A stretch of DNA of 64,000 nucleotides from Octopus vulgaris. Lineage: Eukaryota. Under the pieces are notes generated by a model, which saw nothing but the letters and a program-made list of their open reading frames with translations, was not told the origin of the DNA and did not search any database. This document shows positions 27,138 to 39,689 of the stretch, piece after piece. Numbering within the stretch: the first letter of the stretch is position 1; the number at the start of each line of letters is the position of its first letter. The stretch spans positions 18,290,001-18,354,000 of the forward strand of contig OX597814.1 in the NCBI GenBank assembly GCA_951406725.2. Direction: 5' to 3'. The position numbers were made by a program, and so were the translations under genes.

Positions 27138-27255
27138 GTAGTGGTTAAGAGCGCGGGCTACTAACCGCAAGATTCCGAGTTCGATTCCAAGCAGTGACCT
27201 GAACAACAACAAAAAAAAAAAAAAAAAAAAAAACAACAACAACAACAACAACAAC

Positions 27256-27286
<31 letters not shown>

Positions 27287-27487
27287 GTAATAATAATAAT
27301 AATATCGAAAACTACCTTAGGAATGAGAACCTAGGTTAGAAATTTCCCCCAAGACACCTGATGAAGTCTGGAGGGTATATCAGCCGAAACGTTGTTTTAA
27401 CAACAAAGAAGATGGGAACATATATCTGTCAAATGTAAATAATGTAAATAATGTAGATAATTCCTCATCTCTTAAATACAGAACTGT
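27138..27487 (+). mobile_element. tRNA-headed SINE with (AAC/AAT)n spacer and hammerhead-bearing tail
   Basis: Head gtagtggttaagagcgcgggctactaacc...gagttcgattcc; hammerhead motif at 27353-27398. Confidence 0.78.
27353..27398 (+). ncRNA. type I minimal hammerhead ribozyme motif
   Basis: gacac-CTGATGA-a-gtctg-gagggtatat-cagcc-GAAA-c-GTT-gtttt. The AACGTT palindrome could form an intermolecular stem III. Stems I and II each have one mismatch, and the sister copy has the pairing base at both positions. Confidence 0.65.
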
Positions 27488-28114
27488 AAAATGAAAGTAA
27501 TTGAATAAAAGAAGCAAAATATAATTTCTGCCAGTTCCAGTGTTATCCTATGCAAGAACGCTTATTTTCTCCAGATATGAAAGAAAACCATGGAAAACAA
27601 AAACAGGATAATATTCATTATGTTATATGTATCGTTATATGTATATTGTAGTATATATGGTGAGTCAGCAAGGAAGACATATCATATGGTTAACACAACA
27701 TGTGTGATCAAACGAGGATAAACCATTTCTTCTATATACATCAAGACTTATATTCGCCGAAGAAATGGAATTATATGTTTGATATTCACCATTTCTCACA
27801 TATGCACCAAAGCTTAGATTTACAGAAGAGAAATGATGTGTTTGATATTCATCGTTTCTTCTCCGAGACATTAAAAACCGAACACCGCGAGCTAGATGAA
27901 ATGACTCGAAGCAGGTGGTGTAAGTTGTAATAATTCAGCTAATCAAGAACTTATGTGTTTGTGAAGCTAAACTCCACTTACACATACCGTTAAAATAATG
28001 GATAATGTCACAAGCATTAGAAAAATATTTTCCTTTGTTTTATAAACCTAGCGTGTTCTGGGATTGAAAATTAAGTTTCGATTTTATGAATTACCTTCTT
28101 GTACTTCATCCCTC

Positions 28115-28279
28115 GGAGTGGCTGTGTGGTAAGTAGCTTGTTTACCAACCACATGGTTCCGGGTTTAGTCCCACTGCGTGGCACCTTGGGCAAGTGTCTT
28201 CTGCTATAGCCCTGGGCCGACCAATGCCTTGTGAGTGGATTTGGTAGACGGAAACTGAAAGAAGCCCGTCGTATATATG

Positions 28280-28311
<32 letters not shown>

Positions 28312-28546
28312 GGTGGGTGTTTGTGTGTCTGTGTTTGTCCCCCTAGCATTGCTTGACAACCGATGCTGGTGTGTTTACGTCCCCGTCACTTAGCGGTTCG
28401 GCAAAAGAGACCGATAGAATAAGTACTGAGCTTACAAAAGAATAAGTCCCGGGGTCGATTTGCTCGACTAAAGGCGGTGCTCCAGCATGGCCGCAGTCAA
28501 ATGACTGAAACAAGTAAAAGAGTAAAGAGGTAAAGAGTAAAAGAGT
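28115..28546 (+). mobile_element. SINE family B
   Basis: Near-identical to other family B copies. Confidence 0.92.
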
Positions 28547-28642
28547 ATAACGTAAAACCTGTTGGTGTGTGCAGGGCACATGTCATCACGAGCCATTTTT
28601 AAACGACACAATACTTGTCTTAAAATTTTAGATAATACTAAA

Positions 28643-28855
28643 GTGGCGAGCTGGAAGAATCGTTACTATGCCGAGTAAAATGCCAACGGCATTTCACCTG
28701 CCTTTACGTTTTGAGCTTAAATTCCGCCAAGGTCGACTTCGCCTTTCAACCTCTCGAGTTCGAGTAAATAAGTACCAGTTGAGGAGTTGCATCTATGTAA
28801 TCAACTTATACACTCCCCAAAAGTTTCTGACCTTGTTCCAAAACTTGGAAGCAAT
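28643..28855 (+). mobile_element. old diverged SINE family A-like copy
   Basis: gtggcgagctggaagaatcgtta...aaattccgccaaggtcgacttcgcctttca. Confidence 0.7.
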
Positions 28856-29489
28856 ATATTAGAGAATACAAAACTCATTGGCGCATCTACAATACACATG
28901 AAGATACTAGAGCACATTAAAATTATACTCTCCTTATCACCCAAGAATGACAAACATTGAAATTAATCAGTACCAAAATGGATACTACCTTAATAACATC
29001 ACTGGTCCCCCAAAATGTGTTTGGTTACACACTGCAAGAATAAAACAGGGGGGAAATTGTGTAAGAAAAGTGTTGCATATATATACGAAAGAGCAAAAAA
29101 GCAGTTTCTGTGTGTTCACAAGCCCTTTTAAATATAGCTACCAAATCTCCCTGAAATAATTGAACACATCAGATAACGAAATCTCTGATAAAAAAAAGAA
29201 AACAAATCGGTTTTGCATTATAGTTAACGTCTGTGAAAACGTAGAACTAGAGCGTATTTCACGGTGTTAGTAATTTCGATTGTTCCAATGTCGCTCCATA
29301 GATTCGGTCATTAACCGTGTAATAGTGAGACTTGAGTTGGAGCAGAAAACAAGCACCATAATAATAATAACCATGATAATCATAAAATGTTTCGAAAATC
29401 ATCTCATTGAACATGTTAATGTTTCTGCCATTCAACAGGTACCTCCTTAATCTAGATGGAACAAGTAATTTCAATGCTGTAGTTCAACA

Positions 29490-29772
29490 TTACCAGTGTT
29501 GACATGTTTCCGACAAATTTTCTTCAGCCTACTGACGAACCTTCTCAAAATCTGTAACTGAACGTTATCACACTCGTTATATTGTCATGGAATTTAAATG
29601 AAATTCAAAGGCGCAGGAGTGTCTGTGTGGTAAGTAGCTTGCTTACCAACCACATGGTTCCGGGTTCAGTCCCACTGAGTGGCATCTTGGGCAAAGTGTC
29701 TTCTGCTATAGCCCCGGGCCGATCAATGCCTTGTGAGTGGATTTCGTAAGCGGAAAATGAAAGAAGCCCGTC

Positions 29773-29816
<44 letters not shown>

Positions 29817-30052
29817 CGGGCTTCTTTCAGTTTCTTTTATTAAACTTTTAATACTTTTGATATATATTTTAAATAGTATAAATTAATTAATTTTATGTAT
29901 TGGCTTATGTTTTTCATTGTTTGATTTGCCTAATAGTGGTTTTATCTCTAATTTAATATAATATAATATAATATATTTTACTATAAAATTGGATTTAATC
30001 CTAAATCTGATTTTTCCCTGTAAGTTTGGATTTATTCCCTAATATTTTATTA

Positions 30053-30104
<52 letters not shown>

Positions 30105-30690
30105 TGTGTGTGTTTGTGTGTCTGTGTTTGTCCCCCAAGCATTGCTTGACAACCGATGCTGGTGTGTTTACGTCCCCGTCACTTAGCGGTTTGGCAAAAA
30201 GAGACCGATAGAATAAGTACTGGGCTTACAAAGAATAAGTCCCGGGGTCGATTTGCTCGACTAAAGGCGGTGCTCCAGCATGGCCGCAGTCAAATGACTG
30301 AAACAAGTAAAAGAGTAAAGAGAGTACCAATACACTGCAGCAGTACAACACCACGTATCAGAAAGTTTAACCCCGTCCCCATATGATGGAAGCAACCCAT
30401 AAAGCTTGTACAAAGAGAGATGTTTGTATTCCACTTATTCCCAACATTTCATCAGATATTGCATTTCAGTTAAAACACCAAAGAATTCTCAAGAGTTAAT
30501 CTCTTTTGTTATGACCACCATAATCTTTTGTTATGACTGTCATTTAAGGTAAATAGAGTTGTGCTGAGAATTTCATCTTTCTGCCACAGTAAATTCGCGA
30601 ATGCTCAATTTTGGGGCAAATTTGACTACTTTTCAGTAAAGCCGTAGAACATTCAGTGTTGTCTGTCCAGGGTTCTTGTTGAAAATAGCA
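29490..30690 (+). pseudogene. Helitron Pif1-like helicase C-terminal relic, split by a SINE
   Basis: FPTNFLQ...NL*LNVITLVILSWNL before the SINE; MMEAT...DVCIPLIPNISSDIAFQLK, SFVMT and CCLSRV after it (cf. YPxEFLNS, LxLKVGxPxMLLRNL, VFIPRIPxIPSDxPFxFKR, FAMTINK, YVAxSRV). Confidence 0.65.
29610..30325 (+). mobile_element. SINE family B with a ~220-bp AT-rich insert in its (TA)n
   Basis: Head 29610-29775; fold-back plus AT-rich insert at 29813-30055; 3' half 30105-30325. Confidence 0.88.
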
Positions 30691-31583
30691 ATAATAGAAA
30701 CATAATTCTGTTAGAATTTCTTCTGTGTCACGGGTTACGTATCACTAAACAGTGACACAAAAGAAACAGAAAATTCTATTTCAGTTACGTATCTATATTA
30801 CAAAGAACATAGACAAACATATTTGCACACAGAATGCCCTACGTTAAAAGTTCTGGATGTTGTGTAACATAAGTTTAACAGAACATATTTTATGTTTGGC
30901 AACCAAACCACGGCGTATAATTCTTGTAGTGGCCTAACAGTAAAAATTTTGGAACCACAACCGTTAGGTCGGTATTTCTGTTTTAGGCTAGGGCAGCACG
31001 TTCTGTCCTTGCTTAAGGTTCTTTATATCACGTTGTTCTTGACTATTTAGCTGAAAATGAGAAGTAGCTCTTTCGCCAATTACCATATTTCCCATGTTCT
31101 ACTGCGTAATGTGGACGCGAACCTAAATCTGCTCGCGACTACGTAGGCAACAAACACAATTAACAACACTATAATATATTCTGTTATTAGAGATGACGGC
31201 CGTGTTACATATACATACATATATATATGTGTGTGCGCGCATGCGTGTGCGCGCATGTGTGTGCGCGCACGTGTGTGTGTGTGCGTGTATATACACTCGT
31301 TGGAATAATCGAATTTTCCTGTATGCATATATTTCATGCATACTATTTTCTGAAGTTTAGATCTACTTACATATTCATTATACGTGTGTGTATGTCTATG
31401 CGTGTGAAAGTAGCTCGAAAAAGAATTCCCTTTCAATAAAAAAAAAACATACCTTTTCACAAGTATTGAGCACCCCTTTATTCTTTTACAAACTGTAGCG
31501 TTTGAATGTATGCATTTATAACTATCTATATATACGCGTGTGCATGCGTCTGTGTGTGTGTGAGAAAGATAAAGAGTTTGTGT

Positions 31584-31683
<100 letters not shown>

Positions 31684-31698
31684 GTATGACAATATAAC

Positions 31699-31927
31699 GG
31701 CGGCGAGCTTGCAGAAACGTTAGCACGCCGGGCGAAATGCGTAGCCGTATTTCGTCTGCCGTTACGTTCTGAGTTCAAATTCCGCCGAGGTCGTCTTTGC
31801 CTTTCATCCTTTCGGGGTCGATAAATAAAGTACCAGTTTCGCACTGGGGTTGATGTAATCAACTTAAACCCTTTGTCTATTCTTGTTTGTCCCCTCTATG
31901 TTTAGCCCCTTGTAGGCAATAAAGAAG
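31699..31927 (+). mobile_element. SINE family A monomer
   Basis: Full head, body and tail. Confidence 0.92.
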
Positions 31928-32177
31928 TATGTATGTATGTATGTATGTATGTATGTATGTATGTATGTATGTATGTATGTTTACATACAGCTCTCGACAT
32001 GTTAATGTAACAATTTGGATGGCACTTCTGCGACTGATTCAAAATCCCTCCTGTAAATTCCTGATGTATACGTCAAACAATAATGAATAGACGAAAGTCC
32101 CCAGAGTTCATTTTATTTATTTACTTGTCTATTTAATTGTTTATTTGTTTGTAAATTTTCATCAGATCGTTTTGTGA

Positions 32178-32237
32178 GCTACTACAACTACTACTACTAC
32201 TACTATTACTACTACTACTATTATCATCATCATCATC

Positions 32238-32269
<32 letters not shown>

Positions 32270-32324
32270 TATTGTTATTATTATTATTATTATTATTAGT
32301 TAGTAGTAGTAGTAGTAGTAGTAG

Positions 32325-32376
<52 letters not shown>

Positions 32377-32395
32377 CAGTTGAAGCAGCAACAGC

Positions 32396-32425
<30 letters not shown>
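32178..32425. repeat. (ACT)n-(ATC)n-(ATT)n-(AGT)n microsatellite
   Basis: Directly visible. Confidence 0.92.
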
Positions 32426-32426
<1 letters not shown>

Positions 32427-32976
32427 TGTTTTTTTGTTTTGCTTTAGTAATGTGTGTGCATTTTTAATAATTGGAGCCAGACATTGCCGCTACAAGGAAT
32501 ATAGCAGTATACTATACAGAATGCAACATACCCGCATGGGAATCGCACGCAAAAGTGAAAGTGGCTGAAAATAGAGTCATATACAGACAAATATCCAAAT
32601 CACAGGATGGAGTCGGAGACAAGATGGCAGAATAATTCTCACTTGGGACCATTTTTCGAAAATACAATAAATACAACGCGCACGCACCTACATACACATA
32701 TACATACATATATCCATACATATCTATACGTACACACAGACACACGCATATGTATGTGTGTGTGTGTGTGTGTGTACATACAGAAAACATAAAATAGACA
32801 GCGCTATGTTTTTTAGTGAAATAACTAGGTACGTAGTAAATTAAGTAAGCAAGTCTTTAGGGGATGCCTTCAAATCTAGAGAATGAAAAAAGGGTTATGG
32901 TATGTACATGTGTGTGCGCGTGTTCTTATGCGTATTGTGTGAGTGTATGTGCCTGTGCGTATGTGTGCGTGTGAGA

Positions 32977-33008
<32 letters not shown>

Positions 33009-33992
33009 AAGACGCCACTTAGTGACAGAGAATGTTAGGAAATCCTCATAAAATGTTGCATGCGATCCAGGTTCGATTCACCGCCTACTATTCGGTCCAG
33101 AAAATTTCATGTACTTTCGGTTGTTCAAAATAGGTGCCCTGACGAATAACTTACAAATCTCATTTTTCTTGCCAGAGTAAATGTCTTGATACAATTCCTC
33201 CTACCATAACAGATTCTTTGATTTCACCAGTTTTTTGAAACAAGGAATTTGCAAGTAAGCTATGCATATTGTAAAAATCTTCTAAAAAAAACCTATGTGT
33301 ATTGTAAAAATCCAGAAACTGCAGAAAACGTTATTCGTTGCCGAAATGCAGACATATGAGATTGAACTGATAGTGATCGTCAGACAATTGAACTGTAGTC
33401 GGCCACGCTATACCCCTGTTTCTACTTGCAATTACAATAAAGGCTTAGTTCGACGAATAGTTAGTATTCGGGAGGATATACATTTGGAATCAGGCACGAT
33501 TTGAGTAAAGACTTCAAATCGAATCTTTGGTTTCAGAGAACGAATAATATTCGGTGTATAGGTGAAAATGGCTGATGTTTGACAGCTCGCTTTTGCTAGA
33601 AACTTGCAGATGTATTCTTCACTACACAGTTTCTCAATCTAAGCCGTTCTTTCTCAATTCATCACGAGTAATTCATTCTTCTATTATTAGGGAAAAAATC
33701 TACAAGTATGAATTAGAGTGTATACACCATACTTCTTGGATATGTCGATGAATCTCTGCCGATTTTGACAATGAGGATTCAGTTGATCCAGAAGCTGAAT
33801 TAGATGATTATTGCATTAGTATTTACGGTAATCTCATGCAGTCAGAGAAAAAAACTGCCCTGCAACATCTTGCTGAACAACTTGCAATAATATGTGTGAA
33901 AAATTGAATATTAATTTTGATTAATATCAATTTAAAACCAGTGGTCTAGCATATAGAAAATTCTGAAGATTCAGAAAAATTATATTACATAC

Positions 33993-34396
33993 ATATAAGG
34001 GCGATGACCACTAAGTGGACATCTATTATGCTAGAAGTCGACCCCCATCGTCTTACCACTAAGAAAGGAATGTTCGTAAGGAAATTTAGTAAACGCCAAA
34101 ACATAAGCGAGCAAAATAAATGAAAATATATAAAATATACAGAATAATCACAAACCCGATTTCGTTGTTACCACTTACGTAATTACTTACGTAGATATCC
34201 GGAACTCGTCAGTGTGATCGTCGCAGCAAAATATAATTTTGTGATTAATCTGTATATTTTGTGTCTTTTCGTTTGTCTTGCTTACGTTCTGGTGTTTGCT
34301 AAATTTTCTTGAGAACATTCCTTTCTTAGTGGTAAGACCATAGTGGGTCGACTTCTAGCATAATGGATGTCCACTTAGTGGTCATCCCTCATATAT
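33993..34396. mobile_element. inverted-repeat element (~160-bp arms) enclosing a hammerhead; Penelope-like non-autonomous relic
   Basis: Arms at 33993-34154 and 34238-34396 are imperfect reverse complements. TA-rich flanks. Confidence 0.7.
34147..34218 (-). ncRNA. type I hammerhead ribozyme motif
   Basis: Minus strand: atcaca-CTGACGA-gtt..tacgtaa-gtaa-ttacgta..aac-GAAA-tcgg-GTT-tgtgat. Perfect 6-bp stem I, intact core, minimal stem III. Confidence 0.65.
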
Positions 34397-34420
34397 ATAT
34401 ATGTATATATATATATATAT

Positions 34421-34707
34421 CACGTGATCACGTGACCGACCAGACCATCAGATGTTACTACACATTGTTCGCATTGTTTTAGCCTTCGAATGACACCACC
34501 CCGCTGGATAAGCGAGCATGCGAACAGAAGAAAGAGCGGGAGAAAGAGTGGTGAAGGAGTACAGCAGGGATCACCACCCCCTGGCGGAGCCTGGTGGAAC
34601 TTTTAGGTGTTTTCGCTCAATAAACACACACAACGCCCGGTCTGGGAATCGAAACCGCGATCCTACGACCGCGCGTTCGTTGCCCTAACCACTGGACCAT
34701 TGCGCCT

Positions 34708-34711
<4 letters not shown>
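34421..34711 (-). mobile_element. SINE family C variant with a different 3' tail
   Basis: Family C head and body, then a distinct tail ending ggtcacgtgatcacgtg. Confidence 0.8.
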
Positions 34712-34801
<90 letters not shown>

Positions 34802-35796
34802 CTATTTGTATATATGTATCTTCTGTATATATGTGCGAGTATTTGTGTATATGTGTGTATGGATGTATGTATGCATGTAAGTAGGTAGGTTTTTATATCT
34901 GCATGTGTGTGAGTATATGTGTGTACGTGTGTGCGTATGAATTTTGGTGAGAAAATCGATAAAACAGTGCTTCTCAACAACAACAAAAAAACATCAACAA
35001 ACGATCCCTTTGCATTCTCGTCTTTGCAAATCCTTGGAACCAGTGATTTGTTTGTTGAAAACATTCGACAAAAGTAGAAATTTCGATTAATAAGAATACG
35101 ATATGATAATACAGTATCTATCTACAATTTCTGTGCCTGAAGTCAACGAGATTTACTTTACATGGTCGATCAACATGCAAAAGACAGGAATTTTCACAAA
35201 ATTTCTATCTTGTCAAAACTCACTTTACTTCTTGAATGCGGAATGCTACATTCGCTAAATATGGTCATGTGTGGACATCACTTGAAAATTATGCCGAATG
35301 AGCCATCACTATAATATTTTTCACCATAGACCTACTCGCTCAAGGACATCAAAAACTATAACAAAATAACGCAACACATGGGTCTTTTCAAATGCTGTCG
35401 CTGCAACTCTACGTGGTCAATAATGAGTTATTTCAGACTTTGGCACAAGTAGGGCTATATTAGCAGCATTAATTGCCGCAGAGTATATCAATGCATCGGG
35501 CCAAATCATATATTCATATTGACAGTATTCCAAAGTATGTGTTGATCAGAATTGGTTCCTACTGTGCTTATGGCTAAAAACATCTCTGGGCACAATTTTA
35601 GGATGGATGGGTTTATTGATCATAACGAGCCCCGTAGTTAGGGGTAATTTCATTTTATCACCAGCCATAGAATGAAAGGCGCAGTTGATGCTGGCTGAAT
35701 TTTGATTCAGGAACGTAACGACGGACGAAATACCGCTAAGCGTCTTCTGAACGACTCTGCCGACTCCCTGTACTCTGCATAAGCAATAAATTATAT

Positions 35797-36028
35797 CTAT
35801 TTCTTTATTACCCACAAGGGGCTAAACACAGAGGGGACAAACAAGGGCAGACATAGGTATTAAGTCGATTACATCGACCCCCAGTACGTAACTGGTACTT
35901 AATTTATCGACCCCGAAAGGATGAAAGGCAAAGTCGACCTCGGCGGAATTTGAACTCACAACGTAACGCAGACGAAATACCGCTAAGCACTTCGCCCGGC
36001 GTGCTAACGTTTCTGCCAGCTCGCCGCC
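35797..36028 (-). mobile_element. SINE family A monomer
   Basis: Full copy; flanking aataaattata is duplicated. Confidence 0.92.
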
Positions 36029-36357
36029 TTATTATAATAAATTATACCAATGGCTTCTTTTACTTTTAATAATAATTATTTCTTGCCTCAAAACTTAAAA
36101 ACAATACAAATATCAATAGATTTTAGCTTAGATAAGCATTTAGAGACAGAGATGTATAAAATTAAATGCAAATGATAAAACAAAAGTTATTTTTCAAGAT
36201 TACAAATATACATTACAGCCCCCGAAACGTTTAGGAAAACGGCGGTTTCATATTCTTCCCCACAGGGTCGTATCTCTATAATAGAGGCAAGTGGTCAATT
36301 ACCTACTGAGACAAAAGCTCTGCAGTGACTAAACCCATATAAATATGGAAATCTAGA

Positions 36358-36587
36358 GACGGCGAACTGGCAGAAACGTTAGCACGCCGGGCGAAATGCG
36401 TAGCCGTATTTCGTCTGCCGTTACGTTCTGGATTCAAATTCCGCCGAAGTCGACTTTGCCTTTCATCCTTTCGGGGTCGATAAATTAAGTACCAGTTACG
36501 CACTGGGGTCGATGTAACGACTTAATCCGTTTGTCTGTCCTTGTTTGTCCTTTCTGTGTTTAGCCCCTTGTGGGAAGTAAAGAAATA
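36358..36587 (+). mobile_element. SINE family A monomer
   Basis: 19-bp TSD catataaatatggaaatct at 36336-36354 and 36588-36606. Confidence 0.93.
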
Positions 36588-36699
36588 CATATAAATATGG
36601 AAATCTGAAACTTTGGGAAAACTTTTTGTGAAATTTTCTGCAAGCAACAAATAAAGACCCTCAACAATATTAATTAACACAGATGTTCGCACGCACACA

Positions 36700-36740
<41 letters not shown>

Positions 36741-36825
36741 GCACACAAACACTCCCCCACACACAAATACAAAAACAAACAAACACACACTCACACAGGA
36801 GCAGACACGAACTGGCACACATATA

Positions 36826-37415
36826 TATTTCTTTACTGCCCACAAGGGGCTAAACATAGAGGGGACAAACAAGGACAGACGAAGGGATTGAGTCGATTAT
36901 ATCGCCCCCAGTGCGAAACTGGTACTTTATTTATCGACCCCGAAAGGATGAAAGGCAAAGTTGACCTCGGCGGAATTTGAACTCAGAACGTAACGACAGA
37001 CGAAATACCTATTTCTTTATTACCCACAAGGGGCTAAACATAGAGGGGACAAACAAGGACAGACGAAGGGATTGAGTCGATTATATCGCCCCCAGTGCGA
37101 AACTGGTACTTTATTTATCGACCCCGAAAGGATGAAAGGCAAAGTTGACCTCGGCGGAATTTGAACTCAGAACGTAACGACAGACGAAATACCTATTTCT
37201 TTACTGCCCACAAGGGGCTAAACATAGAGGGGACAAACAAGGACAGACGAAGGGATTGAGTCGATTATATCGCCCCCAGTGCGAAACTGGTACTTTATTA
37301 ATCGACCCCGAAAGGATGAAAGGCAAAGTTGACCTCGGCGGAATTTGAACTCAGAACGTAACGACAGACGAAATACCGCTAAGCATTTCACCCGGCGCGC
37401 TAACGTGTCTGCCAG
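36826..37415 (-). mobile_element. SINE family A trimer (184-bp period)
   Basis: Bodies start at 36826, 37010 and 37194. A single TSD ctggcacacatatat at 36812-36826 and 37416-37430. Confidence 0.93.
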
Positions 37416-37440
37416 CTGGCACACATATATGCATACATAG

Positions 37441-37471
<31 letters not shown>

Positions 37472-37498
37472 CACACATACACATGTGTGTGTGAGAGT

Positions 37499-37531
<33 letters not shown>

Positions 37532-37662
37532 TAGCATGTAGGTCGTCGTTCACTTTTATTTCAAGATTTATTGCCAGTATTGAAAGAACCAGTCCCTAAC
37601 CAAGATCCAAGGCCCCTTCAGTAGAATTTCTGTATCAACAACAGGTACTTTTTATGTATGTA

Positions 37663-37947
37663 TACTCTTTACTCTTTTATTCTTTTACTTGTTATAGTCT
37701 TTGTAAGCCTAGTACTTATTCTATCGGTCTCTTTTGCCGAACCGCTAAGTTACGTGGATATAAACACACCAGCATCGGTTGTCAAGCGATGTTGGGGGGG
37801 AGGGGCAAACACACGCACACACACACACATATATATAGAAAGTTTTCGTCTACCAAATCCACTCACAAGGCTCTGGTCGGGCCGAGGCTATAGTAGAAGA
37901 CACTTGCCCAAGGTGCCACGCACTTACCACCCAGCCACTCCTGCACC
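37663..37947 (-). mobile_element. SINE family B with internal deletions
   Basis: Colinear with family B but lacking several segments. Confidence 0.8.
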
Positions 37948-38040
37948 TATATATATATGTATGCATGCATGCATGTATGCATGTATGTATGTATGTATGT
38001 ATGTATGTATGTATGTATGTATGTATGTATGTATGTATCC

Positions 38041-38104
<64 letters not shown>

Positions 38105-38489
38105 GTCTGTCTGTCTGTCTTTCTGTCTGTCTGTCTGCCTGTCCATATCTCCGGAAATTCTGACGTTGTCGACTGTGGTGATTAAAGATCAGAAATTTCA
38201 GCTAAACTGAGAAGATCGCACTTAGAGGTGATGTTGATGGCGATGAAACTAATTGTAAGGGGAGTAATGATGATGACGATGATGAGGATAGAAGTGTTGG
38301 CGGCAGTAATCGTAGTAGAGGTGATATAGATGATGGCATTGGCGGTAGTGTCCATCATGATGATGGGGAAGAGGTGGAGGAGCAGGAGCAGGAGCAGGGG
38401 CAGGAGCAGGATGGCTATAATGGTGATCATGAGAGCGATGACGACGACCGTGACCAAGACAAAACGACAACGATTACCTCGACAGTGAC

Positions 38490-38876
38490 GACCGCGGTGA
38501 CGACGACCATGATGACGACGACGACGATGATGATGACGAGGATGACGATGACGACGACGATGATGACGACGACCACGACGATGATGATGATGATGACGAC
38601 GACGACGACGACGACGACGATGATGATGATGATGATGATGATGACGACGAGGACGATGATGATGATGATGATGACGACGACGACGACGACGACGACGATG
38701 ATGATGATGATGATGATGATGACGACGACGACGACGATGATGATGATGATAATGATGATGATGATGATGACGACGATGATGATGATGATGATGATGATGA
38801 CGACGATGATGATGATGACGATGATGATGACGACGACGATGATGATGATGATGATGACGACGACGACGACGACGAC

Positions 38877-38911
<35 letters not shown>

Positions 38912-38940
38912 CGACGATGATGACGATGACAACGATGATA
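38490..38940. repeat. (GAT)/(GAC) mosaic trinucleotide array
   Basis: About 150 triplets alternating in blocks. Confidence 0.95.
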
Positions 38941-39110
38941 AGAGGACGCTGATCGAAGTAATTGTTCTCGAGTTTTGATATGCTGAACATGTTCGAATTG
39001 GATTCCGTCGAAATCACGGACCTATTCGGTCGTGGTTTTCAGTGGGAGTTTCACCATTTCACTTGAGAATTAAGGTAAAAGCCTAATGATGTAATGAACT
39101 CTTCCTGTGT

Positions 39111-39327
39111 ACTCCCTTTACTCTTTTTACTCTTTTACTTGTTTCAGTCATTTGACTGTGGCCATGGTGGAGCCCCGCCTTTAGTCGAGCAACTCGACCC
39201 CAGGACTTATTCTTTGAAAGCCTAGTACTTTTCTATCGGTCCCTTTTGCCGAACCACTAGATTACGGGGACGTAAACACGCCAGCATCGGTTGCCAAGCG
39301 ATGTTGGGGGGACAAACACAGACACAC

Positions 39328-39416
<89 letters not shown>

Positions 39417-39590
39417 TATACATAAATACGACGGGCTTCTTTCAGTTTCCGCCTACAAAATCCACTCATAAGGCTTTGGTCGGCCCGAGGCTATTGTAGA
39501 AGACACTTTCCCAAGGTGCCACGTAGTGGGACTGAACTTGGAACCAGGCAGTTCGTAAGCAAGCTACTTATCACACAGCCACTGCTACGC
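39111..39590 (-). mobile_element. SINE family B
   Basis: Full copy with an expanded internal microsatellite. Confidence 0.9.
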
Positions 39591-39689
39591 TTATGGTAGG
39601 AAACATTTTAGTGATGAACCAGCAATCCATTATGTATTGCAAAGAGTTCAGTTACACTGCGTGGCACTCTATCTAACATCTAAGGTAGA

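Noticed and set aside
26953-27200. Genuine tRNA genes with an ACT anticodon
   Set aside because: The acceptor stems are imperfect and both are fused to the same repeat tail, so they are SINE heads.
38374-38952. 192-aa Met/Thr-rich ORF and poly-Ser or poly-Asp readings
   Set aside because: Product of a GAT/GAC microsatellite. The mosaic is explained by CpG-to-TpG change plus slippage.
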